Part shown: positions 27,809 through 36,973 of the stretch, one piece after another | How the letters are laid out: every line of letters starts with the position of its first letter | Position numbering within the stretch: the stretch's first letter is position 1 | The notes under the pieces: generated by a model | What the model was told of the DNA's origin: nothing | Database searches by the model: none | What the model saw: only the letters and a program-made list of their open reading frames with translations | NCBI GenBank assembly: GCA_963826115.1 | Contig: CAWGVS010000006.1 | Location: 32,001 to 96,000, forward strand | Source: an uncultured Candidatus Rokubacteria bacterium | GTDB taxonomy: Bacteria; Methylomirabilota; Methylomirabilia; Rokubacteriales; DASRDR01 | DNA: 64,000 nt | Direction of reading: 5' to 3' | Made by a program: the position numbers and the translations under genes

Positions 27809-27929
27809 GGGTGCCCGTCGCCGGCGCCTCGCGGGGCCGGGGGTAGTGCGGGATCGGCCGCCAGGGGTACAGTCGTGAGCGGATCGCATCCCGTCCCCGG
27901 CCGCTCACCCGACGCTGCAGGAGAACGCC

Positions 27930-28754
27930 ATGTTCGTGCGCACCCTCGACGACCTGACCGCGGCCGGCATGGTGAAGGCGGTGGGCACGGGTACCCGCTC
28001 CGCGCGCTACCTCACGACGAAAGACGGCATGGGCTTCTCCTACAACGACAACCGGATCGCCGCCGGCAGCGAGATGACGCTCTGGTACAAGCACCACTGG
28101 GAGGCGAACTTCATACTCTCGGGCCGGGGCACGGTGACGGACCTGACGACCGGCCAGTCGTGGATGCTCGAGCGCGGCGTCCTCTACACCGTCGGGCCGA
28201 ACGACCGCCACCGGCTCGTGCTGACGGAGGACACCCACCTGGTCAGCGTGTTCTGCCCGCCGCTCAAGGGGGACGAGCGCCATGACCCGGACGGCGCGTA
28301 CCCGGCGAGCGGGGCATCGCCGCGGACGGACCGGCGGATGTTCGTGAAGCGCGCCGACGAGATGCGCACCGCGGGCCACGAGATGACCGTCGCGAACGGA
28401 CAGGCCCGCACGCTCCGCATGCTGACGAAGGCCGACGACGTCGGGTTCGGCTTCTCGGACGTGCACCTGGCGGCCGGCGCCGACACCACGCTCTGGTACA
28501 AGCACCACTGGGAGGCGAACCACATCATCGCCGGCCGAGGCCGGGTCACGGACCTGACGACCGGGCAGGCCTGGACGCTCGAGTCCGGCGTGAGCTACAA
28601 CGTGGGCCCGAAGGACCGGCACCAGCTGCGCGCCGACACCGAGCTCCACCTGGTCAGCGTGTTCTGCCCGCCGCTCGAGGGGCGGGAGCAGCACGACCGG
28701 GACGGCGCGCTCACGCCGAGCGGCCCCGTGCCGCCGGGGCCGGCCGGGCACTGA
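27930..28754 (+). CDS. ectC: Tandem two-domain ectoine synthase-like cupin
   Basis: Two repeats (second starts MFVKR at 28338), each with D.[MV]GF, WYKHHWEAN, Y.VGP.DRH and VFCPPL.G.E.HD..G. AGGAG RBS. Confidence 0.85.
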   Translation: MFVRTLDDLTAAGMVKAVGTGTRSARYLTTKDGMGFSYNDNRIAAGSEMTLWYKHHWEANFILSGRGTVTDLTTGQSWMLERGVLYTVGPNDRHRLVLTEDTHLVSVFCPPLKGDERHDPDGAYPASGASPRTDRRMFVKRADEMRTAGHEMTVANGQARTLRMLTKADDVGFGFSDVHLAAGADTTLWYKHHWEANHIIAGRGRVTDLTTGQAWTLESGVSYNVGPKDRHQLRADTELHLVSVFCPPLEGREQHDRDGALTPSGPVPPGPAGH

Positions 28755-28786
28755 GGGGTGGGCGCGCCGCGACGGCGGCGCGCGCG

Positions 28787-29215
28787 CTACTTCCGGTTCA
28801 GCGTCGCGGTCCGTGGGGCAGGGCAGCCCGCGAGGCCGACCTCGGTCACCTCGAGGGAGATCGCGTGCTGCTGTCCCTTCCACCGGACGATCTGCGGGGT
28901 GACTCGCGGGTCCTGGGTCCGCGTCTCGAGCACGATCTCGAAGCTCGTGACCTGGCCCGTCACGTCCCAGCTCGCGGTGCCCCACGGGTACGTGGTGGCG
29001 GCGAGGCCCATGATGCGCCCGCCCTCCTCGATCGTCACGTCGAAGTTGAACGGCACGCACGCGTCGATGTCGCCGCTGCTCCGGCCCGCGTAGTAGTCCC
29101 CGCGCCAGAGGCCGATGCAGCCCGTCAGGAGGAGGGCCGCGAACGGGACGACGACCGCTCGCCGCGCCGCCCGGATGCCACGCGTTGCTCGTCCAGTCCC
29201 TTCGTGTCGTCTCAA
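28787..29215 (-). CDS. Hypothetical lipoprotein
   Basis: Lipobox LLTGC followed by a beta-rich domain with two further Cys. Confidence 0.65.
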   Translation of the reverse strand: MRRHEGTGRATRGIRAARRAVVVPFAALLLTGCIGLWRGDYYAGRSSGDIDACVPFNFDVTIEEGGRIMGLAATTYPWGTASWDVTGQVTSFEIVLETRTQDPRVTPQIVRWKGQQHAISLEVTEVGLAGCPAPRTATLNRK

Positions 29216-29289
29216 GGGTCGCTCCTACTCATTGCCAGGACGGGACGCTTTGGCAGGTGCCCGTCCCCGCCCGGCGGCCGCCGGCCCCA

Positions 29290-30857
29290 TCATACACAGG
29301 CGACCCACGGGAGGCACGGCAGGGCCGGCTCGGGATAGACGCCGTCGATGCCCGGCTGTGGAACGACCCGATTGTACGAGGGCAGGATGGAGTAGGACGC
29401 CGGAGGCGCGACCTGCTTTCGCACCTCGAGCTGGCCGAACTGCGCGACGCTCGTGAACCCCTCGATCTCGGCCGTCGAGACTCGGCACACGATGTGGCTC
29501 GCGTACGCCCGCGGGCCAGGACGGCCATTCCGCCACATGGCGCTCTCGTGCTCGGGAAGGTAGAGGGGGACATCGCGACGCAGGTAGGAATAGCCTCCGG
29601 TGTGCCACCACTCGACGTCCTTCAGCAGCACGCCGGCCAGATCGGCCTGCCGATAGAGGAACAGGAAGGCGCGTATCTCGTCCTGCTGCGCGAAGAGTGG
29701 CTGGTTCGGGTAGAGCGCGCGCTCGAAGGGCAGGCGGTTCATGAACCCGACGAGCGAGATGAGGGCGAGCGCTCCCGCGACCGTCCACGGCAGCAGGGTC
29801 GGGCGCGGGCCGGCCATGCGCGCGGCGACGAGGGTCGTCACCCGGCCATCAGCACCAGGAGCACCGGGATCGCGGCCACGATGAACCGGTACTCCTTGTG
29901 CGGGATCATCGTGTGGACGCCCACGATCGCGAACAGCGTGACCATGAGAATCCAGAGACGCCGGGCGAAACCGAGGCTCGCGAGGGCGGCGAGTGGCAGG
30001 AGGCCCGCCGAGGCGACACCGAGCTTGAGTACGTGCCGATCCGCCGGAGACGTGCCGAACAGGGCCGAGGCGTCGCGGACGACGTTGAACTCGTAAGTGC
30101 TGTAGTGCGAGGCGAACCAGCTTCCCCAGCTCAGCTTGTCGACGTAGCCCGCCAGCAGGCCGACGCCGACGAGGGCGACGGCGCTCCGGACGAGCGCACG
30201 CCCGGACCATCTGCCGATCGCGAGCAGGGCCAGGAACCCCGCGGCCGGCAGGTACTGAACCCGGAGCGCGACCGCTAGGCCCACGCACAGGCCGAAGAGG
30301 ACTGGCCGGCGCCCTCGGCGCGGGTCGGTGACGCTCGCGAGTGCCGCTAGCAGGAAGTACGTCGAGAGCACCTCGGGCATCGGTCGGGGCGCGAAGTAGA
30401 CGAGCTCGTACCAGAAGCAGGCCAGTAGCGCCGCGAGCCGCCCGGCGCTCTCTGAGACGAGATTCCGGCCGATGCGATAGCAGGACACGATCAGCGAGAC
30501 TGAGAGCAGACAGAGAAGGGCCTTCACGAGGAACTGGGAGCTCGCGGGATCGTCCACGCCGACGAGCTTGCAGAGATGGAGCGGCGCCGCGAGGGCCAGC
30601 GGCCGCAGCCAGGATCGGGATCCGAAGCGGAACTCCCATGGAATGAGCCCGTAGCCGAACACGAACCGATGAGCCTGCTCGAGGTACTGGAACACCTCGT
30701 CGGAAAGGTGGATGTTCAGGGCGACGAACGAGAACGTCAGGCGCAACAGCAGACCGGCGAGGACCAGCGCGGGAAGGCCGCGCCAGAGGCGCACGTCCGG
30801 GGAGCCAGCCGGCGGTGCCGCCGCCGCTGCGCCGCCACCCCATCGAGTTCCGATCAC
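29290..30857 (-). pseudogene. Alg9/PIG-B-like GT-C mannosyltransferase split by a 1-bp frameshift
   Basis: DEVFQYLEQAHR, PWEF..G.RSW and PHKEYRFI motifs in 29838..30857. The TM and periplasmic continuation is in another frame from about 29841 (ATG GCC GG|GTG ACG). Could be a sequencing error. Confidence 0.75.
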
Positions 30858-31012
30858 GCGCCCCCCCCGAGCGAGACGGATACGCTCGGATCACCGGACC
30901 GCGATCCCCATCGATGGCTCCCATAGTAGCCCGAAGCGCCGGCGGAGCACCCCTGGGCCGAGTGCCGGGTCGCGTTTGGAAGGGCCCGGCCCCTCGCGCT
31001 AGACTGCTGGCC

Positions 31013-32137
31013 GTGCCGGGCGAATCTCCCTCTGGGCGCGTGCGGGTGTCGGTGGTCCTCCCGACCTACAACGAGGCGCCGAACCTCCCCGAGCTGGTCC
31101 CGAAGATCGTCGAGACCCTCCAGGGCATTAGGCACGAGGTGATTCTGGTGGACGACGACTCCCCCGACGGGACCTGGCGGGTGGCCGAGAAGCTAGGTGA
31201 TCGCTTCGCGGAGGTCCGGCTCGTCCGACGGATCGGCCGGCGGGGTCTGGCCTCGGCCGTCATCGAGGGTTTCCTGGCCGCCAAGGGTGCGGTGCTCGTC
31301 GCCGCGGACGCCGACGGTCAGCATGACTTCCGGCTCCTCACCGAGCTGCTCTCGGCCGTCGAGGGCGACGCCGCCGACCTGGCGGTCGCCTCACGCTACG
31401 TGCCGGGCGGCAGCGTCGGCGACTGGGACGAGCGGCGTCAGGCGCTGAGCCGATTCGCGACGCGGCTGGCGCAGCGCCTGTGCCGGGTGCCGGTGACCGA
31501 CCCCTTGAGCGGCTTCTTCGCGGTGAGCCGCTCGACGTTCACGGCCGCGCTTCCCCACCTCAACCCTGTCGGCTTCAAGATCCTGCTGGACCTGCTCGTG
31601 CATTTGCCGCCGGGCGCGCGTGTCTGCGAGGTCCCGCTGCGGTTCGGGTCTCGGCGTCACGGGACCAGCAAGCTGTCCCGGCTGGTCCAGCTCCAGTTCC
31701 TGGAGTTCATCTACGACGTCACCCTGGGTCGCCGCGTGCCGCTGACGCTGGTGAAGTACTGCGTCGTGGGGGCGCTCGGTGTCATCGTCAACACCCTCGC
31801 ATTTTTGGCGGTTTCCGCCATGCTCGGTCCGGTGGCGCAGGATACACTGCACGGATTCTCCATCGCGGTGATCGTGGCGACCGAGGCGGCGATCGTCTTC
31901 AATTTCATCCTGAACAACGCCTGGACGTTCTCGCTCGCCCGGCTGTCTGGGGCGCGCGTCGTCGCCGGATTCCTCCTCTACAACGCCGCGTGCGCGCTCG
32001 GCGCCCTGGCGAACGTCGCGGTCAGCGGGCTCCTGTTCTCCCGCGGCTGGCCCCGCGGGGCAGCCGTGGTCGCCGGGGCGCTGGTCGGAGCGGGCTGGAA
32101 CTACACCATGAGCCGCCTCGCCACGTGGAAGCAGTGA
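31013..32137 (+). CDS. Polyprenol-phosphate glycosyltransferase (DPM1-like GT2) fused to GtrA flippase
   Basis: VVLPTYNE, VDDDSPDGT, DADGQHD, DPLSGFF and GFKIL motifs. C-terminal 4-TM GtrA (KYCVVG, NF.LNN.WTF, WNY). Start uncertain. Confidence 0.9.
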   Translation: MPGESPSGRVRVSVVLPTYNEAPNLPELVPKIVETLQGIRHEVILVDDDSPDGTWRVAEKLGDRFAEVRLVRRIGRRGLASAVIEGFLAAKGAVLVAADADGQHDFRLLTELLSAVEGDAADLAVASRYVPGGSVGDWDERRQALSRFATRLAQRLCRVPVTDPLSGFFAVSRSTFTAALPHLNPVGFKILLDLLVHLPPGARVCEVPLRFGSRRHGTSKLSRLVQLQFLEFIYDVTLGRRVPLTLVKYCVVGALGVIVNTLAFLAVSAMLGPVAQDTLHGFSIAVIVATEAAIVFNFILNNAWTFSLARLSGARVVAGFLLYNAACALGALANVAVSGLLFSRGWPRGAAVVAGALVGAGWNYTMSRLATWKQ

Positions 32138-33699
32138 CGCGGGCCCGGGCGCCCGTCGGCCTGGCGGACGCCGCGGTCCTCGGCGCGGTGGCCCTGGCCG
32201 GTCTCGCCAACCTGCCGATTCCCTTCGACAATGATCAAAGCTTCTTCGCCACGGGGGCGCGACGCCTTCTCGAGGGCGGGGTGCTGTACCGGGACTTCTG
32301 GGACATCAAGCAGCCCGGAATCTTCTGGTTCTACGTGGTCGCCGCCCGGGCGGTTGGGCTCCGCGAGATCGCGATCCATGCGGTCGAGCTCGGCTACATG
32401 CTGGCCCTCGCCACCACGCTGCTCGTCGCGCTGCGCCGCCTGACCGGCTCGGCCCGGATCGCCCGGCTGGCCCCCGTCCTGACCGTCGGCGCGTACTACG
32501 CGGGCGTCGGGGCCAACCATCTGACCCAGGTCGAGGGGCTGGTCGGATTCCCGCTCTTTCTCAGCCTCTGGTGGGCCGTGCGCGCCGCCGACGCGGGGGA
32601 GGAGGCACCGGGGCGCCTGTTCCTCTCAGGCGTCGCCGGTGGCGCGACGCTCCTGTTCAAGCTCGTCTTTCTCCCGATTCCCCTGGCCATCTGGCTGGTC
32701 GCGCTCTGGGACACGGAGTTACCGGGCCGGGGTCGGGCCATGGCCCGTCTGGCGCGTCGCGGCGCGGTCGTCGGTCTCGGGGCCGCGGTGCCGCTGCTGG
32801 CGGGTGTCGGCGTGCTCTACCTGCAAGGCGCGCTGGGGGCCGCCGTCTGGACGTTCTTCATCTACACGGCCCAGCAAGCTCGCGCGACCTCGGGGATCGG
32901 GGTGCCCGACTCCCTGGTGGCCGGGCTCATGTGGTTCGGCGAGCGGTTCGCGCCGCTCATCGCGTTCGCGCTGGTCGGCGCCCACGCCACTCTCGGCCAG
33001 GGGGGGCGCCCGGGCCGCCGGGCAACGATCGACTTCACGCGCGGGCTCGTAGTCTGGATCGTCGTGGGAGCGGGCGTCATCGCCCTCCAGCGCAAGTGGT
33101 TTCCCTATCACCACCTGTTGCTGCTCGTCCCGCTGGGCATCCTGGCCGCGATCGGCGTGGACGCGGTCTGGCGGCGCGCCACCGCACGGATGGAGGACCC
33201 GGCGCCGCGCTGGCTGGCCGGCGGCGCTCTGGCCTTGCTCTTTCTCGGCCTGATCGGCGCGCTCGCCTACAAGGTGGTCCTCGTGCCCAACGGCCTCGGC
33301 TGGCGAGGCGCGGAGCGACAGGTCCACTACATGGGCCGGTTCAACGCGGAGTATCCCGTCGTGATGGCGGAGACCGCATTCCTTCGCGATCCCGCGAGCC
33401 AACCCGGGGCCATCTACATCGTCGGCAATCCCCTGGGTTACTACCTTGGGGGCCGGACGCAAGCGGCGGCGTTTGCCGGGTCCTGGGCCCAGGACTACGA
33501 TCGAGACATGTGGGCCCGCGTCGTCGACGACCTGACCCGGATCCGGCCTCCGTACATCCTCCTCGTCGACCAGTCGCGCCCCATCCTCGACGCGCGGGGA
33601 CAGGACGTCCTGCGGCTGCTTTCCGAGCGGTATCGGATCCTTCGTCGTGGCCCGGGCGAGACGTGGTACGAGCGCGCGCCGGGCGACGGGGGAGGGTAG
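32134..33699 (+). CDS. GT-C/ArnT-PMT-like membrane glycosyltransferase
   Basis: GTGA overlap. DQS.F, LYRDFWDIKQPG and FPYH motifs; many TMs plus a periplasmic tail. Confidence 0.8.
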   Translation: MTRARAPVGLADAAVLGAVALAGLANLPIPFDNDQSFFATGARRLLEGGVLYRDFWDIKQPGIFWFYVVAARAVGLREIAIHAVELGYMLALATTLLVALRRLTGSARIARLAPVLTVGAYYAGVGANHLTQVEGLVGFPLFLSLWWAVRAADAGEEAPGRLFLSGVAGGATLLFKLVFLPIPLAIWLVALWDTELPGRGRAMARLARRGAVVGLGAAVPLLAGVGVLYLQGALGAAVWTFFIYTAQQARATSGIGVPDSLVAGLMWFGERFAPLIAFALVGAHATLGQGGRPGRRATIDFTRGLVVWIVVGAGVIALQRKWFPYHHLLLLVPLGILAAIGVDAVWRRATARMEDPAPRWLAGGALALLFLGLIGALAYKVVLVPNGLGWRGAERQVHYMGRFNAEYPVVMAETAFLRDPASQPGAIYIVGNPLGYYLGGRTQAAAFAGSWAQDYDRDMWARVVDDLTRIRPPYILLVDQSRPILDARGQDVLRLLSERYRILRRGPGETWYERAPGDGGG

Positions 33700-33759
33700 C
33701 GTGGTCGGCCGCCCGTCCTCGAGGCGACCGGGCTCCCGGTCGCGGCCCGGAAGGCGGGC

Positions 33760-34545
33760 TTACTCGACGCCGGCCATCTCCACGCGCCAGACCGGCCCGT
33801 TCAGGAACATCGCGCCCTCGAACCGGACGAACGCCGGCAGATCGCCGAGCGCGATCCAGTAGCGAAGGTCGGGGGGACTCTTTCCGATCATCGAGGCGAC
33901 CACACCGGTGAGCCCCCCGATCTCCAGGTTCACGAGGAAGCGGGCGGCCTGCCGCGGGTTGCCGGCGAACACCACGCGGTCCTCGCCTTCCTGGCCGAGC
34001 TCCATCTTGAGGAGGCGCGGCTTCGGAAGGAACGCCACCATCTGGGCCGTCGTCCGCTCCCCGGCCGGAAGGTTCTTCAGGAGAAGGAGCGTCATGCCGT
34101 TCGCGAGATCGGCCGGCATGTCGAACTCCCCGCTCGACGTCTCCTCGGCGCCGCCGATCTTGTCGCGGGTCTTCGCCTGGTAGCGCCCGGTCTTCCGGTC
34201 GAATGACACCTCCGAGCCGGGGAACGACGGGCCGCGCTGCGTGAGGCGATAGGCCTCCAGCCGGAAGACCCCCCGCTGGGAGTACGTCGTGGTCTCGTCG
34301 TGCACCGAGCCGTCCTTGAACTGGAGGAGGAGGCGGCTGTCGACCTCGTCCCCGCGCGGTCGCTGCGTCAGCTCGCCGTGCCCGATGCGTTCTCCCTGGG
34401 GCGTGCGCACGGCCAGGAATCCTCGCGTCACTCCCTCGGTGAAGCGCACCTTCACCGGCGCGGCGTCGCTCGCCGTCGCGCAGAGCAGCGAGACCACGAC
34501 CAGCAGGGCGGAGAGACTCCAGCGTCCCGACATCGTCACGTCCAT
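33760..34545 (-). CDS. Hypothetical secreted beta-rich protein
   Basis: Signal peptide ending SDA, host-like codon use, GGAG RBS. Confidence 0.75.
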   Translation of the reverse strand: MDVTMSGRWSLSALLVVVSLLCATASDAAPVKVRFTEGVTRGFLAVRTPQGERIGHGELTQRPRGDEVDSRLLLQFKDGSVHDETTTYSQRGVFRLEAYRLTQRGPSFPGSEVSFDRKTGRYQAKTRDKIGGAEETSSGEFDMPADLANGMTLLLLKNLPAGERTTAQMVAFLPKPRLLKMELGQEGEDRVVFAGNPRQAARFLVNLEIGGLTGVVASMIGKSPPDLRYWIALGDLPAFVRFEGAMFLNGPVWRVEMAGVE

Positions 34546-34773
34546 CGTGCGGGAGAACGGAGGTCTTGTCGAGGGGTTGCGAGGGTGCCGCGCTCGCGCG
34601 GGACGACCGCCTCGTGACCCCGCGTCGGGGGCAGGAGACTCGAGTCCCGGCCAAGCGGGCTCGCCGGGCGCCGACCCGGGACCGCTTGATTCACCTGCCG
34701 ACTTCCCCGATCATCGCGGGGGGCGCGCAGCGTATCCCGCTTCACCCACGGACCCAGAGCGAACGGAGGCCCG

Positions 34774-35946
34774 ATGGAGACCGCGGATGTCGTCGTCATC
34801 GGCGGCGGCGTCATGGGGACCAGCATCGCCTTCCACCTGGCGCGTCGCCGCGCGGGCCGGATCGTGCTCATCGAGAAGGGGACGGTGTGCTCCGGCACGT
34901 CGGCAAAGTCCTCGGCCATCGTTCGCACCCACTACACGACGCGACCGACCGCGCAGATGGCCCTCCTGGCGCGCGGCGTCTTCGAACGCTGGGCCGACGA
35001 GATCGGCGGCGAGTGCGGCTTCGTGCGCACGGGCATGCTGTTCATCGGCCCGCCCGAGAGCCGCGAGCGCGTGGAGCGCACCCTCCGGATGAACCAGGAG
35101 GTGGGGATCGAGGCGAGCCTGATCGGGCCCGACGACGTGCGCCAGATCAGCCCGCACCTTCGCGTGCCCGAGGGATCGGCCGTGGTCTACGAGCCGCGCT
35201 CGGGCTACGGGAGCCCCCACGAGGTGGCGTCGAGCTTCGCCCGCCGCTTCACGGAGCTGGGGGGCGACCTCCGCCAGTCCACGCGGGTCACGGCCATCGA
35301 CACGCACGGGGGCCGGGTCCGCGGCGTGACCACGCCGAAGGGCGAGATCGCGGCCGCCCACGTGGTGATCGCGGCCGGGCCCTGGGCGGGGCCGGTCGGG
35401 CGGCTGGCAGGGCTCGACCTGCCCGTCACGCCGAGCCGCGAGTCGATCATCACGCTCCGGCCGACGTTCGACTGGAGCCCGACGCATCCGGTCACCGGCG
35501 ACCTCCTCAACGAGGTCTATCTCCGGCCCGAGACCGGCGGGCTCATCCTGGTGGGCAACACCAACGACACGATCCACCGGGGCGATCCCGACAGCTACGA
35601 GGACCGCCCCAGCGCCGAGCACACGACCGAGGTCCTCACCCGGCTGGCGCGCCTCATGCCGGGGGCCGCCACCGCGGCCATCACCGGCGGCTGGTCGGGC
35701 ATGTACGAGGTGAGCCCCGACTGGAACCCGATCATGGGCACCGCGCCCGAGGTGGCCGGGCTCCACTACGCCGTCGGCTTCTCGGGCCACGGCTTCAAGC
35801 TGTCCCCCATCGTGGGCAAGCTGATGGCGGAGCAGGTCCTCGACGGCCGCGCCCGGACCATCGACATCGCGCCGTACCGGCTCGAGCGGTTCCGCGAGGG
35901 CCAGGAGCTGCGCGTCGCGTACCAGGGCGCCGGCGTCATGGGGTAG
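34774..35946 (+). CDS. FAD-dependent oxidoreductase (DAO/sarcosine oxidase beta-like)
   Basis: VIGGGVMG, AAGPW, SPDWNPIMG and GFSGHGFK motifs. Confidence 0.93.
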   Translation: METADVVVIGGGVMGTSIAFHLARRRAGRIVLIEKGTVCSGTSAKSSAIVRTHYTTRPTAQMALLARGVFERWADEIGGECGFVRTGMLFIGPPESRERVERTLRMNQEVGIEASLIGPDDVRQISPHLRVPEGSAVVYEPRSGYGSPHEVASSFARRFTELGGDLRQSTRVTAIDTHGGRVRGVTTPKGEIAAAHVVIAAGPWAGPVGRLAGLDLPVTPSRESIITLRPTFDWSPTHPVTGDLLNEVYLRPETGGLILVGNTNDTIHRGDPDSYEDRPSAEHTTEVLTRLARLMPGAATAAITGGWSGMYEVSPDWNPIMGTAPEVAGLHYAVGFSGHGFKLSPIVGKLMAEQVLDGRARTIDIAPYRLERFREGQELRVAYQGAGVMG

Positions 35947-36000
35947 ACGGCCCCTTCCGGGGCGACCTTCCTTCGCGCGGAAAGGACGGGCGACGGCGAC

Positions 36001-36951
36001 ATGGACAAGACGTGGGTGCTGATCGAGCTGCTGCCGCAGCAGCTGATCAACGGACTGACGATCGGGTCGGTCTATGCCCTCATCGCCCTCGGCTACACGA
36101 TGGTCTACGGCGTCCTCCAGCTCATCAACTTCGCCCACGGCGACCTCTTCATGCTGGGGGCGATGGTCGCGGTGTTCGTGCTCGCCGGGATGGGGGTCAC
36201 CGAGGGGCTCTCGCTCGGTCTCGCGATCCCCCTGCTCGTGGCGGTCTTCCTCGTCTCGATGGCGGTCATCGCTGCCCTCGGCGTCACGATCGAACGGGTG
36301 GCCTATCGCCCGCTCCGGCACGCCTCGCGGCTCGCCCCGCTCATCAGCGCCCTGGGCGTATCGGTGTTCCTCGAGAACGCCACGATGAACGTCGTGGGCC
36401 CCGGTCCCCGGTTTTTTCCGGATTTCCTCCCGACGGCCGAGATCCACTTCCTCGGGGTCACGATCCAGGACAAGCAGATCCTCATCCTGGTCGTCGCCAC
36501 CGCGCTCATGGTGTGGCTCCACTACCTGGTCAACCACACGACGTTCGGGCTCACGGTGCGGGCGACCGCCGAGGACAAGGACGCCGCGAGCCTCATGGGC
36601 ATCGAGATCGATCGCGTCATCGCGCTGGTGTTCGTCCTCGGCCCGGCCCTGGGTGCCGCCGCCGGCGTCCTCTTCGCGATGTTCTACGGGGTCGTGCTGT
36701 GGAACGTCGGCTTCCTGGCCGGGATCAAGGCGTTCACCGCCGCCGTCCTCGGCGGGATCGGCAACATCCCGGGCGCCATGCTGGGCGGGCTCCTGCTCGG
36801 GCTGATCGAGACCTTCGGCGCGGGCTACCTCCCCATCCTGACGCACGACGTGATCGGCCCGGAGTACAAGGACATCTTCGCGTTCGTCATCCTGATCCTG
36901 GTCCTCATCTTCCGGCCGATGGGCATCCTGGGCGAGCGGGTCGCGCGATGA
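36001..36951 (+). CDS. livH: Branched-chain amino acid ABC permease
   Basis: NGLTIGSVYALIALGYTMVYG, INFAHG and KAFTAAVLGGIG motifs. Confidence 0.95.
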   Translation: MDKTWVLIELLPQQLINGLTIGSVYALIALGYTMVYGVLQLINFAHGDLFMLGAMVAVFVLAGMGVTEGLSLGLAIPLLVAVFLVSMAVIAALGVTIERVAYRPLRHASRLAPLISALGVSVFLENATMNVVGPGPRFFPDFLPTAEIHFLGVTIQDKQILILVVATALMVWLHYLVNHTTFGLTVRATAEDKDAASLMGIEIDRVIALVFVLGPALGAAAGVLFAMFYGVVLWNVGFLAGIKAFTAAVLGGIGNIPGAMLGGLLLGLIETFGAGYLPILTHDVIGPEYKDIFAFVILILVLIFRPMGILGERVAR

Positions 36952-36973
36952 GGGAGCGCGCGGAGCGGACGGC

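Noticed and set aside
29838-29840. Selenocysteine or readthrough at TGA
   Set aside because: The homologous continuation is in a different frame, so this is a frameshift and not an in-frame stop.
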